64,000 bases of DNA, taken from Daphnia carinata. Its lineage: Eukaryota. The translations under genes were made by a program, and so were the position numbers. Of this stretch, positions 12,601 to 26,412 are shown in pieces. Every line of letters starts with the position of its first letter. Position 1 is the first letter of the stretch. The notes under the pieces are model-generated. The model made no database searches, was not told the DNA's origin, and saw only the letters and a list, made by a program, of their open reading frames with translations. The DNA lies in assembly GCF_022539665.2 (NCBI RefSeq), contig NC_081331.1, positions 6,386,001 to 6,450,000 of the forward strand, read 5' to 3'.

Positions 12601-15600
12601 CCGAGAAGGGAACTTCGAGAGTGGAGCAAGCCAAACATGGATCTCTCTCCAGGTAGTAACCGTCCAAATGAACCAGACTGGCCAGCGCGTTGTACACTAC
12701 GGTATTGGGGTGGCGGACGATGAGCTGGTTCTCTTCCTTCAGTAACGCCACAGCTCGATCGACATAGCCGGGCAGCGAAGTTTCCATCCCTGGTGTTTTT
12801 ATCGTAAAATAGCCGAGTAGATCGACAAACTGCGAGGCTTTTCGGCCGTAAAGTTGAAGTCCTGACCATAAAGACCACATGAGAGCGACGAGATCTTGCT
12901 GCTGGGCCACGGACGAATGTCGGCAGAAGGAGTGGACCAGGGCGTGCGCATGCCAACGGACAGCGCTCTCGTTGCAATCCAGCAGGAAGCGGAAGATGAG
13001 GCGACTTATCAGGCGACGCTCTACGGTTCGATGTAATTGCTGGACAAAGAGGCCACAAACGCAACCTTCTGCGCCCGTACACGAACTGTCCAAGTCCCAC
13101 GGCTCTGCCGTGAGGTCGCATTCCGAAGATTTCTTAGCTATCGGTTGATTGGTGTTGGTGGCTGAGGTCACTGCGGCATTCGCGGACGACGAGGCCGACG
13201 TCTTCAATGGACAAAAAGCGTAGCGCAGTAGCTGGAGCAGCGTGCAGCACAGGCCTTCGTCAATGAAACAGACCAGCTGGACTAGGAACGACAACGTATC
13301 TCCATTTTGCTGGCAGTAGAGCTGCCAGTTGGCCGTCCGCGTCGCAGCCACGTCGAGGCACACCTTCAAGTGTTCCATGACAATCACGAGATCATCGTAA
13401 GGCAACACCAATCCATCGTGATTGCCTTCTAGGATCGCATCGAACCCGTGTTCCAACGCTAGTTTCTTGACGTCTTTGAAATGCGTCTCGATCGTCAACA
13501 GATCTCGACATTGGCGATATTTTTCCTTGGAACCGCAGTGAAACAGCAACAATTTACGCACGTGGCGTTTGACAGATGACGGGGTAGGTGCTGCAACGTA
13601 CTGACAAAGGCATTCCACCCAGCGTTGATCCAGCTGGACGTTGCTGTTTACTTTTTTGACAAGGTATGGCAGACGTAAAGCCATTTCGGTCAGCAATTGG
13701 GAAAATCCTACAGACCAAAACAAAATTTAAATTCACATTTAAATCATTGATTTTGAATTAACAAGCAATAAATTAAGTAACCTTCGAAGATGTATCCCGT
13801 ATTGCGATGCGTCAACGTTCTGGAGAAGAAAGGCGACAGGTCGAAAGCTGTGGGCACTACGGGGTGTTTGAGAAGGCCAGCTACGACGGGCGATTCATCT
13901 CCACCAGTGGCTTTCCAGTGCAGCAGAATAGCTTGCAGGAGCACGAGGCAACGTTCCATGAGGCCAGCATCCAAGAGAACTTTGGCTGCCACAGAAGCCA
14001 CAGTTGATAAAGACGTAGAAGTACCTCGACGTTGCGAATGACTGGCTTTGCCGCTTCCGCTGCTGGACTTGTGATGATGGGTCGACAAAAGAAAGCCGAA
14101 AAATTTCATGATCAACAGCTGTACTTCGTGCTGCGGTGTACGTTGTCCGGCTACTTCGATGGCCGCATCTCTTTCTAGGTCTAGTTCGCAAACAGCCTTA
14201 GCCAACGTCCGATGCAGTTCGTTCCTTTCTGTCGGGTCAGACGGCCTCAATTCAGACACCAAGATGAGCAAAACTTGCAGGAAATGAATGGACTTGACGC
14301 CGCCCTTCTTCTTCAATTCCGGAAGGTCGTCGGTGATTCTCTTCAGTAGAGCCAATCGTAATTGACGGAAGCACTCAGCAGACAAGCTGGACATTTCCCG
14401 CACTTCGTCGTCATTCGATTCCGGAGCAGAGGTGGCACCACTGGCACCTTCCAGACTCATGGCAATGGCCAGCTGCATAATATCATCTTCATCGCTGTGC
14501 GCGGCTTGGCGGCCAGGTTGAGCTGCCGCAGGTATCGATTTGCCATTGCAGCCCGTTTTCATGGTACGCTGGAGTGCGGCTTTAGCTGCGTGACTGACAC
14601 CCGCATCATCGCAAAGCAGCAGACTAATATAGTGATCCATGACAGGTGCCATCCATCGATGCGGTTCCGTTAAAGCAACCGAGAAGAGGATGTCAACGAT
14701 GGATTGAACGCAGAAATCAATCTGAGCCACGCCGAGTTGTCCAACGGGACTCAGCAGTGGATTGAGCGCGCGTTCGTGATGTAATCGCCGTCCAACAGAC
14801 AGCAAATCGCCGAGGAAATTGTCATTGGTAAATTGAATCAAGTTTTGCGGCTGGCTAGTGGCCACTGATTTCGTGATGGTCAACACATTGTAGAACGCCT
14901 CCGGATCCAGATGGATGGGAGATGTTTCGTCCATAATAGCTTTGAGATCGTTGACGACAGCCGTTAACAGTATGCGATCCTTGTAGTCGTGATAGGCGGC
15001 TCTGGTCGGATGAACATCGGCCAGCAATTGCTTGACGACGCCAGGAACGCAACTTCCGGCGCCCCAGGTCATCGTCAATATTTGCGTCGACAGACGGAGG
15101 ACGTGCTCTTTAGTGGCGGGCGAACAAGTAGGAGTGACGCTGCTTACGGGCAATGACAGAGCACCTTCAAGAAGAGCTACAGCTCCTCCGACTAACTGAT
15201 CCAGCATTAACTGGGCGGGGCTTTGCATTGCCAATTTATTGCAGGAGCCACTCGATTGCATGGTAGGGCTCTGCAGCTGGTGGCCTTGCGTTGGTGGCAA
15301 ATTGAGGGCTCCATTACTGCCGCTCGCTCCAGCCATCTGATCTTCGGCGTCTTCCGGCCAGCCAAAGACTTCCTTCGTCTTCCCGTAAACTTTAATCGAA
15401 TCGATCATGGTGACACCTAGCGGATCGCTGGAAGACCCGAAAGCGAGGACGAGTTTCTTATCCGCCTGGAGGCTTTCTTCTTTCGTTAAAGGTATGTCAT
15501 ACCAGCGATGGCGCTGCAAAACGAACGGAATGTTACGTCCAAAGATCTCGACGCAGGTAGGAGCTCGTTGAACGTCTTGCGAGCCGACGAGAATGCGAAC

Positions 15601-18600
15601 GCCTACGATGACGTTGGACGTATCGGGATTGGTGATCTCGACGGAGAAGCCCGCCTGTTTCGTGCAGGCGATGTAGAGGCCACTCGTGTTGAGCCTGTGT
15701 TTCAACTGGGCCGAGTTGTACACGTGCAACAGATCGTTGCCGCCGTACTCGACATCATTCATGGTGGTGCAACTCTCAAAGAAATCCGTCGGAAATGTCG
15801 GTGTGGCAGAGCCGGAACCTCCTTTCGTTCCATTGACGCTCTCTTTGCGAACCATCTTCGGCTGCGTGGAGGAAAGGATGGGCGGTTGCAGTGTGGGCGT
15901 CAACCAAAAGTTGGTCATTTCCGGCGACGCCATAAAGATCCTCAACGATCCATCGTCGCAAAGTAGGATGAGTGTTGTACGCTGTTCGGTTTTGTCTTGT
16001 CCGGTGTTGACCATGTGGCGGACGGCGACCAGATCAGTCACCTTCACTTTGGCCGATACCACCTTGATTTCTTCCACAAGGATTCGTTGCGGCTCCACCA
16101 TAATGACGACGGGCGTGTAGGAGCTTTGCCTCAACGTCAACAACAATCCCTAGTGAACGGAAAGCATGTTATGTAAGATCGCAATATAAACCATAACTAA
16201 AATGTTATGGAATTACCGGATGGCCTTGCACTTCAGTCCACTGGCAAAGTGGCTGGTGCGATCCAGGGGTCTGCGAAGCCGCGCTCGAACCCGTCGATGG
16301 AGTTCCCAGTTTGAGGGAGCTTCCTCCGGTTGCGGTGGCGCTGCTGCTTTTGGCCGGGATGTGGACGGAATGGAGTGGGCCCAGTTGCAGTTCGTTGCGA
16401 CTGTCTTCCGACACCGAGGCCATAAATGTTTTGCCTTGTGCATAGCTGAAGCAGAGGAGTTGGAGACAGTGGGAGTAGTAGACGGAGACACCTCCTCCTC
16501 CAGTCTGGCCGTTGCTCTCCTTCACTTCCGGATGGGTCACGTCCAGTATATTGGTTACGTAGAAAGGTCCGTGACGGGCAGAGCTCTCTTCATTGAGGGG
16601 CTTCCAATAAATGTAGCCGGACGAGGAGATGAAAAACGTAAACTGCGCTCCATCCTGACGGAACCAGAAGGAGCAATCGCGGACTTTGCCACTTGGCAGC
16701 AGGAAAAAGTACTGCGGGCTTAGGACATCCACAGACAAGTCATAAATCTTGACGAAATCGGCAGTGATCACCGCCAGCTGGGTTGGATGGCCGGGCAACC
16801 AAACGGCTTTGATTATGAAATTCCCCGTCTCCAACTGAGGGTGCAGCACTAGGTGGTCTTGGACAGAGCCACCTGACGTCAGAGTCATCACATGAACCTC
16901 CTTCAGGCCGCAAACGGCCAGCACGTCCTCGTTGGCCGGATTACTCGCCATGCTCAATACGGTAAATGGAACAGGAGCCGAGCTGAGCCGCGTCAGCGTC
17001 AACTTCTTTTTCGAAGCATCCGCTTGTTTCAACAGGGAGCTCAATTGCAACACTGTCACTTTGCCTTTCTCATGGCTCATCGCTAGATGTTGTCTACGTC
17101 CATACAACGAAGATAGGCAGCACATTGAAACCTGTTCACCAGTAAAGCAGAATATTTAATCAAATAGCAAAAGAAAAAACTTAACTCTCATTTATCTTAC
17201 CCTGCGGAGGACGTGGGCAGAGAGCAATTGGCGGATAGTCTGACCCTGATCTCCCGTGAAACTCATCCGGACGTTCTCGAAGGCGCCCTCTTGTGAACCC
17301 AAAGTCGGGATCATGAGGGATTCAGAGGCCACGATACTTTTGGGGCTCGTGGTGGAGTTGATGGAGTGTGCGACGTGCACGCTGTAGGCTCCCGACGGGC
17401 GAAAGGCGTTTGCTAGCCCGTTCGACCGACGGCAACAATGAGTTGAGAATGTCAACGATGGCAGCCGGCAGTTCGCACGACACAGTCACTTGCAACAGCT
17501 CGTTGACGTAAGGCTCCAGCTGTTTCGTCAGGTTTCGACGTCGTTCGGAGAGTTCGTCACTTGCAATCAAATCACCAAACCTAGCATCAGGGCCGTCTAA
17601 ATCGCCACGATACGGAACGTAAGCCATGGCTGCTGTTCCTCCAAAACCCAATTGCTGGAGTAGGGCTTGATCGACTGTGGTATGGGGCAGACGTCGGGCT
17701 GAAGCGCTGTCTCGTGAGCGCAATGGATTATCTTCTTCCGGCTGGGGAGGTCGACGAACCAATGCCTGACAGCTACTGTCCTCCTTGGCGCCACAATCGC
17801 AAAAGAAGCTGCCGAATTTCGCGTACGTCACATCGTGATCGCGATGACAAACTTTGGCACACACGGAGCAAACGCCGACACCGTCCACCATGCGGCAGGT
17901 ATGGCAATGATACCAATGTTGATTCATAAATTCCTTTTGCGTTATGACGAAGGTACATCTAGAAGAAAAAAGACCGCTGTACAATTTAATTATTCAAAAT
18001 GAATAGATAAGCAAATAGAACTTACAATTGGTTACAAAGGAGATCCTCATCCGATTCATCGCCATCACTTTCAACATCATCTCCAAGACCTAATTCATCC
18101 ACCCAATCTTCTACGTCTGCTGTGAGGGGGTTACCTTCGATGGATTCAAGCAATCCAGTGGCAGCTGTTTCGGCAGTTGCGTGCTCGTTGGCGGCACCTA
18201 CACCGCTGGCACTGCTAGTGCTCAGCACTCGTAGTGCGTAGAGCACGTCCGTCGTGTACTGAAGTAGACAGCAGAACGAAGCCAGTTCGGGTGGTGCATG
18301 GAGAACTCAAATCTTCCTGGTTAAGGGCCGTCCACGATTCGGTGGGCATGATTTGCTGATATCTGAGTAACCAATCCAGCGCGGCCAAAAACAAGTCGCG
18401 ATGACCCGAACCTTGGCCGACGGCAGCCAATTTGACCATGATGAGCACCAGATCGGGCGTGACATTTCCTGGACTACTCGGCGACAGGTGTTTCAACAGC
18501 AGCTTGAGAAGCGTCCGGGCAAAATTCTCCGCTTCACCTTTCCGGAATGCGAATTGCGTCAAACTCTGCAACAGGGAAATTCCATCCTGCGGGCTAGTTT

Positions 18601-21600
18601 TCCCACCAGAGCCTCCTGCAACAGCCGCATTTTTCTCTTCATCCGCCGCATCAGATCTTACAACTACGGGCGTACTACTGCCCGCTGGTTGCTGCTGGCT
18701 TTCCTCATCATCCTGGCCGGCTAGATGGCGTAAAATGGCAAGTTCGATCCAAGCTTCCAAACGATCTTCGTCGATCTTCTCCAAGTTCAATAGAGTCAAA
18801 CAGAGATTATCTAAATCCGTGTCGTTGCTATCGGACGACTTCAGCAGCTTGTTGATGAAGCTATAGACCGATTTCCTGGATGCAAAATCGATAAAACATA
18901 ACAAATAGTTAACGTCCAACACAGTTAAAAACTTAATGTTATGATATAATACCTGTAAGTTGGGGATAATTCAGGCGTTGTTGTTGAGAAAACAATGTCC
19001 CATAGCGAGTGAACTTCTTCTTCGAACGTGTAGAATCGCGAAAGAGGATGGCGTGTAAGCGGATCTTCAACGCACGATTCCAAGAATCGAATACACTCCT
19101 CCAAGGCTTTCTCTTCCAAACATCGAATAGGGGCTCCGGAGGCTGTAACCAACGAGTGGCAATGGCTGATAACGATGTACGAGGCAATGTCTTGGTAACG
19201 GTCGCTGTCGGCTGCCCCCACTACCCCAGGCGTTCCATGACGAGCTGAACGAGATCAACCAAATTCTCGAAACACGCATCCAGCGCGATGGGGAAGAAGA
19301 CTCCGACCAATTCCTTTTCCGCCTCCTCAGAGTTGGGATACCAAACAACCAAATCATTGGCCAGTCGAACGGCGGCGTTCAACAAATGGCGTAAAGATGA
19401 GGCCGGGCTGAAGACGGGCTGTGATGACAAAAGCTGTAGATGGGCGCCCAGAATGCCGTTGAGATACGACTCGGAAGGAATAAGATCGCCCGATTGACCG
19501 GAACGCCAAGAGAAGAAGGCTGGGAAGTCGGAATTGCTGCTGTTCCAGCGATCTAGCGCAGCTCGCAAGAATGGCGGGAGACACAGAGCCAAGGCGGGTG
19601 TGATGTTTGCCAGTTTACAGCCTCGCGTTGAAGATATGGCCAGCAGGTGTTGAAGCGCTTCAGCTTCACTGGAACCCTCCAGCGTCGGAGTATCTGTGCT
19701 GTTGCCTAGGGCATCATGCAAAACGCAGCGCCGTGAAAGACTGGCAACCGAATCCACCAAGTCGCAGAGTTCCATGAAGATTTCTTTGGATATTTTCGAC
19801 GTTTTGGGTAATTTCTCCGTTGGACTGTCCAAGACGCGGTACGATTCATCACCATTATCCTTGTTGGCGCACTCGTCGTACAGAAGCCGTAACCTTTAAA
19901 CATTTGTCAAAATGTAACAGTTTAATCAGTAAATTAAATGAAAACGGTGATGATTAGGAGTACCTGGCAATTACCATATCCATCACGAGGACATCCCACA
20001 GATTGGGGACGGCTGCAATGTCTTTCAAGCGCGACGATTGGCGCATGCCTTGCCCCAGTTGCTTGGCCACTTTAACCAAAAACGCCGTGCTGTTGGCATG
20101 CTTGGCTGCCGCTTTGACAACGAAAATGGCTTTCTGTGTTGTAAGGCCTTGCTTGACCAAGCAATCTGTTATCCACGCGTTGTAGACTTTGTGGGCCGAC
20201 CGTGGCCCCCACAACAGGGCGTGGAGCAGAGCGGAAGGCTCCAATTCCACTCCGGCGGTAGACAAACCCTCCATTACTGGAACGGAAGGCGGTAGGCACT
20301 GAACGAGCCTCCAACCGGCATTGAAGCAATACTGGACGGCACACAGAGCGCTGTAGTCTCGCTTGTCTTTACGGACGCTATGAAATTCGCACTGGTGAAC
20401 GACGTGCAAGACGTTCAAGATGGCGCCGTACAATGCTGAATATTTAAACGAGTCCGAAGGGGCCAGCATGAAACTGCAAGCCAGGCCATCTAAATTTTTG
20501 ATAAATCAAAAGGGGGTGTTATTTTCATTCATCGCCAAGGTATGCCATCTATTGTAACTGACCTAATTTCGGAAGATCTTGATTATTGCTGTCAATATTA
20601 CTGAGCAAGTAAAACCGGGGGCGAATGCAGCATCCCTCATCTTCCGAGCCGTATTTGCGGTAACAGTCTTCCAATTCCCGACAGCAGTTGTACATTCTGC
20701 TGGGCTGTTGTGCGTCGTCAGCTCTGCCGGTACTCGAAAGGCCGGCCGAGCTGAGTAAATTCCATTGTATCTGTTCTAGCATGGCCACTGGGGCGTCGTA
20801 CAGATTTTTGATAAGATATTCGAGAAGAAGAAGGATGCGAGCCAGTAGCATCAGCTGTGTATCATGCAAAGGAATTATACTGAAGGCGGCCTGGGCAGCA
20901 CGGATCAACGTTTGGGCACAAAGAAGTAAGATGGCCTTCTTTTGCATTAGCTGCAATGAATGGAAAAGGAAGAGGAGGAGCTGAGCGTGCTCGACGTTGA
21001 GGTCTTCGGCCTCCTTATCTCGATCGCCAGCAACATGTGGATCTTCGATGTATTTTATCATCGTTTCCAGGAGACGCTTCCAAATAGAGAGACACGCGGC
21101 TTCACTGGTTTGACGTGCCTCTTCTTTGCTATCTTTGCGGTGTTTAGAGAGAAGCACCTGAGCCAAAACAGCCAAGCTTCTAGGATGAACTAGCAGTGGC
21201 CAGTCCTCTTCTTCGGACCACGGGTTGATATTCAGATGACTGAGCAGCGCAATTTGTAACGACGGACTCATGAGTTCATAAGCCAACAAGTTATGCGTAT
21301 ATCGGGCTAGAGACTGCGAAAAACGGCTGAACAGCTGGCCAAGAGTTTGTCCGAAAAATACGGCAATCGTTCCCGTCTCCGTTCGCGCCGTTTCACGATC
21401 TAGATCCTTGAGAATAGCGGCCAAGAGGATCAGCTGGTGTTCAGACAAACTGCTGGTTGTATACTGCCTCAGACGGGGTGAACAGAGCATGTGGTCGTTC
21501 ATAAAGGCAAAGATTTGCGTAGCTAACACGATGTATCCATGCGGTTCGCCCTTGTCAGGAACGGAAAGCGAGATATCGAGATTGCGTTGACAAGACTTGG

Positions 21601-23792
21601 AAGCGTTTCGTGCATCCTCTGAATCGTGAGGTCCACCTTTGTTCTTGCCCCCTTTAGGCTCTGGTGGAGTTATTGTCTCTTCGAACCAGTGACCAAGAAT
21701 AGGTTCGCTATCGTCGTCTTCTTCTTCCTCCTCCGCGGCACTGCTTTCCTCAGAGCAGCTGAAATCGTCGTCGTCGTAATAGGTAGCCGAATCTGATAAT
21801 GAAACTGTTTCCCCGTCACCATTCTTCTGGATTCGCTTCAGGTTGCACGATTTCCGGTAACTGACCGTGGCGATGTGGAATAGCAATTGTGTCACGGGCA
21901 AATCCGATAGAAAGCGAGAAATTCGTTGGCTATGGCTATAGTCTTCGGTGACATCAAAACCCACCAAGGTTCCAGGCATAACCTGATTTTCCTCTGCGTT
22001 CAGTATACCATTAGGTTCCAATAATTTTTCCAGGGTGGCAAGCGCCTGCGAAGCCAAGACTACCGACAAGCCACCATAACCTTGCTGGATTTTGGTCAAA
22101 TTAATCCTCGAGCCATCCTTGTGTTTACTCGGGGACTTGCCTTTATCTTCTTTATTTCCCTTTTCTGATCCCGCCTGTTAGGAAAAAAAAATTAGATAAA
22201 AATGACCAACATTTCAAATAAAACCAGGAAAATAAATTCCTTGAACCATCAACCAACCTGACTAGTGTTGGTCATTTGACCCTGTAATCCAGACAGTAAA
22301 AGCCAAGCGGCTATGTACAGAAAATTATCATAGTACACCCGGCTGCTGCGAGGTGATTTCTGGACGAGAGACGCCAAAATTTGATATATCTCAACCGCTG
22401 TTTCGACAACGGTTACTGCATTGCTTTCCCATTCTTCTTCCCGGTTACAGACGGCTGTAGCCGCATTAGGACTTGCTGACTGTTTAGAAGAAGCCATGTT
22501 TGGATTGCTGCTTCCCAACGATTTGGCGGGGACCGAACTAGCAGCCGCAAAGATACTGTGAGACGTCGCAACGGAAATGGCAGCCAATAGACAGCCCATT
22601 CCAATTTGCGTCAGAAGCCGTAAACGTTCTTTCGTGAGTGGTTCAAGTAGCGGTAAATTTAGAGCTTTCTTCGCAAGAAGCATGTCTTCTTTTAGGTGAG
22701 TAATATTTTGCTTTATCAGTTGGGCTTCACTTAATGACGAAGGTAGCCCTAGTCCTAACCCTTCCATTGCTCCGTTCCATTTGTCGATAAAACTTGCTAC
22801 ATTGGGCAGCGATTGACAAAAATTTACGATGGTGTCGGCAACGTCTAGGCTGCATAGGTTGGCGATGTTTTGACTACACACTGTCGACTATGTGAAATAA
22901 AATATTTGAGTTTCGAAATGACTGACTAAAAATATTGAATGAAAACAAGCTACCAAATTTTGCGTGGTGTTATCTTTTCTAGTGAAAGTTGCCGCTTCTC
23001 CTTCGCTCATGAGCTGGGTCATAGCTTTCTCAAACATGGCACCTGGAATCACTGATACAAACTGATCCAGCAAAGCAGCATTCAAATCTGGTCTGTTCTT
23101 CTTTGAAGTTTCAGGAACCAATGAGTCTAACAAATACAAAAATAAAATGAGAAAAAAAACTATTATAAAAATAACTTATATAGCAAACACTGATACCTGT
23201 GTCTTTTGATTTTTCCAGATCTTTCAGGTAGCCTTCAAGTAATTCAAAATCTGTGTCATTCATCTCCAAAGCTCCAGTGCTCAGGGCTTTCAATGCAAGA
23301 AGAATATGACTAGGCTGAACAGCTTGCGAGATAGGATTTTGTGCCAACAAGTCATTTGAAGCTTTCTTCAAAGCTCCTAATAAGCTGGGCATGATGATCT
23401 TGCAGCTGTTGGATATGATTCCTCCAAAGGTAAGGTTCCCTAATAAATTGTAAATGTCAAATATTAGGTTTCAAATGGTGACTTCAAGTACTAATCTTGT
23501 GACTGCTTACTTTGAGAGGCATTTCGAACAAAGAAATCTGCCAGCAAGATGCTTAATGTAGGGTTGAAATCATTTTCATCATTAGCTGAGAAACTGCTTT
23601 CACTTAAAAAATAATAAAAACGAAATAAATGTAAACACTAAAACTCTGCTCACCAACATTTTCAACTTACGTTTTCTCAACGCATTTTGCAACTTCAAGA
23701 AGATTACTTTGTGTTTCGTTTTCGGCTCTTCGTGCCAGGCATCGTTTTTGCAAAATCGAACTCCAATCCGATCCGGGGCTACTGCTCGCCAT
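6662..23792 (-). CDS. UBR4: E3 ubiquitin-protein ligase UBR4 / purity of essence (pushover), multi-exon
   Basis: Start [14 protein letters not shown] at 23792. UBR-box [21 protein letters not shown]...[23 protein letters not shown], Cys-rich [54 protein letters not shown]-terminal CVICREGY...[10 protein letters not shown], ending [21 protein letters not shown] (stop 6662-6664). Three apparent frameshifts at 17.3-19.2 kb. Confidence 0.97.
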
Positions 23793-24406
23793 GTTCACAA
23801 CATATGCTGAAGAACTTGAAATGAAAAAACGACAACGGATACAATGACAGTAAGAAGATGTGCAACAAGAATCAATCTAAGCCGGAATTTTTTGTCGCGG
23901 ATCGGCGATGAATCAGCTGTTAAAGAAGGTGGTACTAAACAATGACTAATGCGTCCAACTTTACAGTAGAAGGTACTACCATACTACTTACTAATACTTG
24001 CAGTTGCAGTTTGCAGAGCTTTCAGCTCTGATAGTACTTCGTACGTTAGTAGTTTTGTATAAATTACAAATAGTCAAATGTAAAGTACAATACAACTTTG
24101 TATTCGTTTAGCTTCAGGTGATCGGATCAGTCAGGCCTTACGAAATGGAATGCCAAGCATTGGCAAATGAGCAACGTTAGATACAACATCATGATAACAA
24201 CTTTTTTTCTGCGTTATTTAGTCAGGAAACTCATTGCGTACAAAAATTCGATTATCAAGCAATTACGTAATAGATGAAGCGGACAACAAGAGGCATAGCA
24301 ATAGGAGATAATGAACCGATTACCTGACACAAGAATGGATTCACACTCCCTATAGTGTTTTAGTACTAACCGCTACTATCTGTACTTGTTTTACGGAGTA
24401 TCGAAC

Positions 24407-24414
24407 TATCGATA
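24407..24414. promoter_or_regulatory. DRE-like palindrome TATCGATA upstream of UBR4
   Basis: Exact TATCGATA about 620 bp upstream of the UBR4 ATG. DRE is an arthropod housekeeping promoter motif, but a single 8-mer may be chance. Confidence 0.25.
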
Positions 24415-24932
24415 CCGTATGTTTGTCATAGTAACGTATTCGTTGGTTTGAATATTGTCGCGTAAATATTGCATGAAAACCGATCGTATTGCGAAGGTCC
24501 AACTTTTAATGCGCACTGCCTATTTCATGTCACGTTTCCTACCAGCGGAGAAAACGTGTCGTGATCTCTTGCCACGTCCCAAATTGCACACGAGTTTGCT
24601 TTTATAATCTTATTAAAAGTTAGGAAGCCAAAAACTTATGCTATCTCGTCGATTGCCGAGCGTAACAGTCCTTTTGGAGCTTGCAGGAGTTATCCTACTT
24701 CCAAGATTGCATTTCGATTAGGGGATAGAAAAAAAGTTTGTTCTGTACACGTTTCATTGGCAACACGTTCAATAATTTTATATTCAAATCGATAGGCATC
24801 GAAAGTCAAATTGAAAGAGCGAGCTAGCATCATTAACCCACTTGGAAAAGTCGTTCCATTGCAGGGAAAGAAGCAGGAAGAGAATCATAAGAGAAACCAA
24901 ATGTTTTTTAGTGACGAATCGCTGTACTTCCA

Positions 24933-26412
24933 TCAAAATACGCGATCTTGGTAACTGCTATCAGCAGATGGATGAGGCTTTGGTTGAGGCAAAGCAGGGT
25001 GAGGTTGTGGCCTTCCAGCTCGGCGCGGCGGGGCCAGGAATTCAAACATACTCTGGCCGTGTTGGCCAAGCATTTTAGACAATTCGCAAGGCATAGGATC
25101 AGTCCAGAAAAAATCATGATTAAGGGCCGCATCGGCATCAACTCTCTTGGAAGGATCCAGCGTCAGTAACTTATCCAACAGGTCACATGCGTAAGGATCC
25201 TTGACGTAAGGTTTCAAGCGCTCTGAAAAATGGAAGTGAATCACTTAGCTGGATGTGTATGGAATAGTAAAAAAAAGATATTTCGATAAGCAACCTTTGA
25301 CTTTCCGTTTTTGTCCTTTCGGTAGCTCCATTTTGTTGTAAAGTTCGAGTTTTTCAACGTCAGGCCAAAGTTCTGGGACAATGGAACCACACAGTTGGCA
25401 AATCAGCGTCAGCTGGTGTTGTTCGGTATTGCCCTATTTCAGAATTACCTTGGTTAACCGACATTCAAACATTCCAAATAATCGACCCAAAATACCTGCA
25501 TGATTGGGCTACGAGTCCACATTTCAGCCATAATACAACCCGCACCCCACATATCCACAGGCGGTCCATAATTTCTTTCTCCTAACAGCAATTCGGGCGG
25601 TCGGTACCATAAGGTTACGACACGGTTGGTATATCTTTAAGAGAAACAGAAAAAAAGTGATTATCAAGAAATTTTCTCACATATTATATTTAATACCTGT
25701 TGGGCTGGTTATTCTTATTCAAACTGAATGCTCTTGCAAGACCAAAATCAGCTAACTTTAGGACACCAGTTCTGGTGATCAAGACATTGGCAGCTTTCAT
25801 GTCTCTGTGTAGGATCTTAAAAAGAACCACATTGAAACAAGCTTCAAACAGGGACTTGGGTGTCGGAAACTCACTTTGTTACTGTGGATAAAATACAACC
25901 CATTCAAAAGCTGCTGCATGACCTTTTTAATTTCTCCTAAACTAAATTTGACATTTGCATTGGACAGTAAACCAGCCAGATCGTGCTCACAGAAGTCAAA
26001 GACCAAGTAAAAGGTTGACTTGAACTTGTTGAGCTGGGTGACTTTTGTCCGGCAGATTTCTATCAAATTGACCACATTTTCATGTTTGAGCAGCTGCAAA
26101 ATTCGTATTTCTCTCAGAGCAGTGATAGGGAACTGGGAACAAAGAGAGAAGACATTATAACGAAATGCTCATCAATCATCTGAAATCAACAATGGCACTA
26201 ACCCCTTCTTTCTCATTTTCCATTAGAACTTTTTTTAACGCCACAATTTTCTTCGTCTTTTTGTGGCGGGCTTTGAAGACTTCACCAAAGGTACCTTGTC
26301 CAATCTTGGCCATTTTTTCGTACTTGTTGACCTCGTCACAAAAGGGAAATTCGAGTTCTTCCAAGAATTTTTCACGATCTTTGGGATTCATTGAGGTAAT
26401 GGATGTGGCCAT
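24933..26412 (-). CDS. CDK9: Cyclin-dependent kinase 9 (P-TEFb kinase), multi-exon
   Basis: [98 protein letters not shown] and the C-terminus YQDRVF*. Confidence 0.97.

Noticed and set aside
7079..21590. Numerous plus-strand ORFs of 60-170 aa
   Set aside because: They are antisense shadows of the long UBR4 exons with no recognisable motifs.
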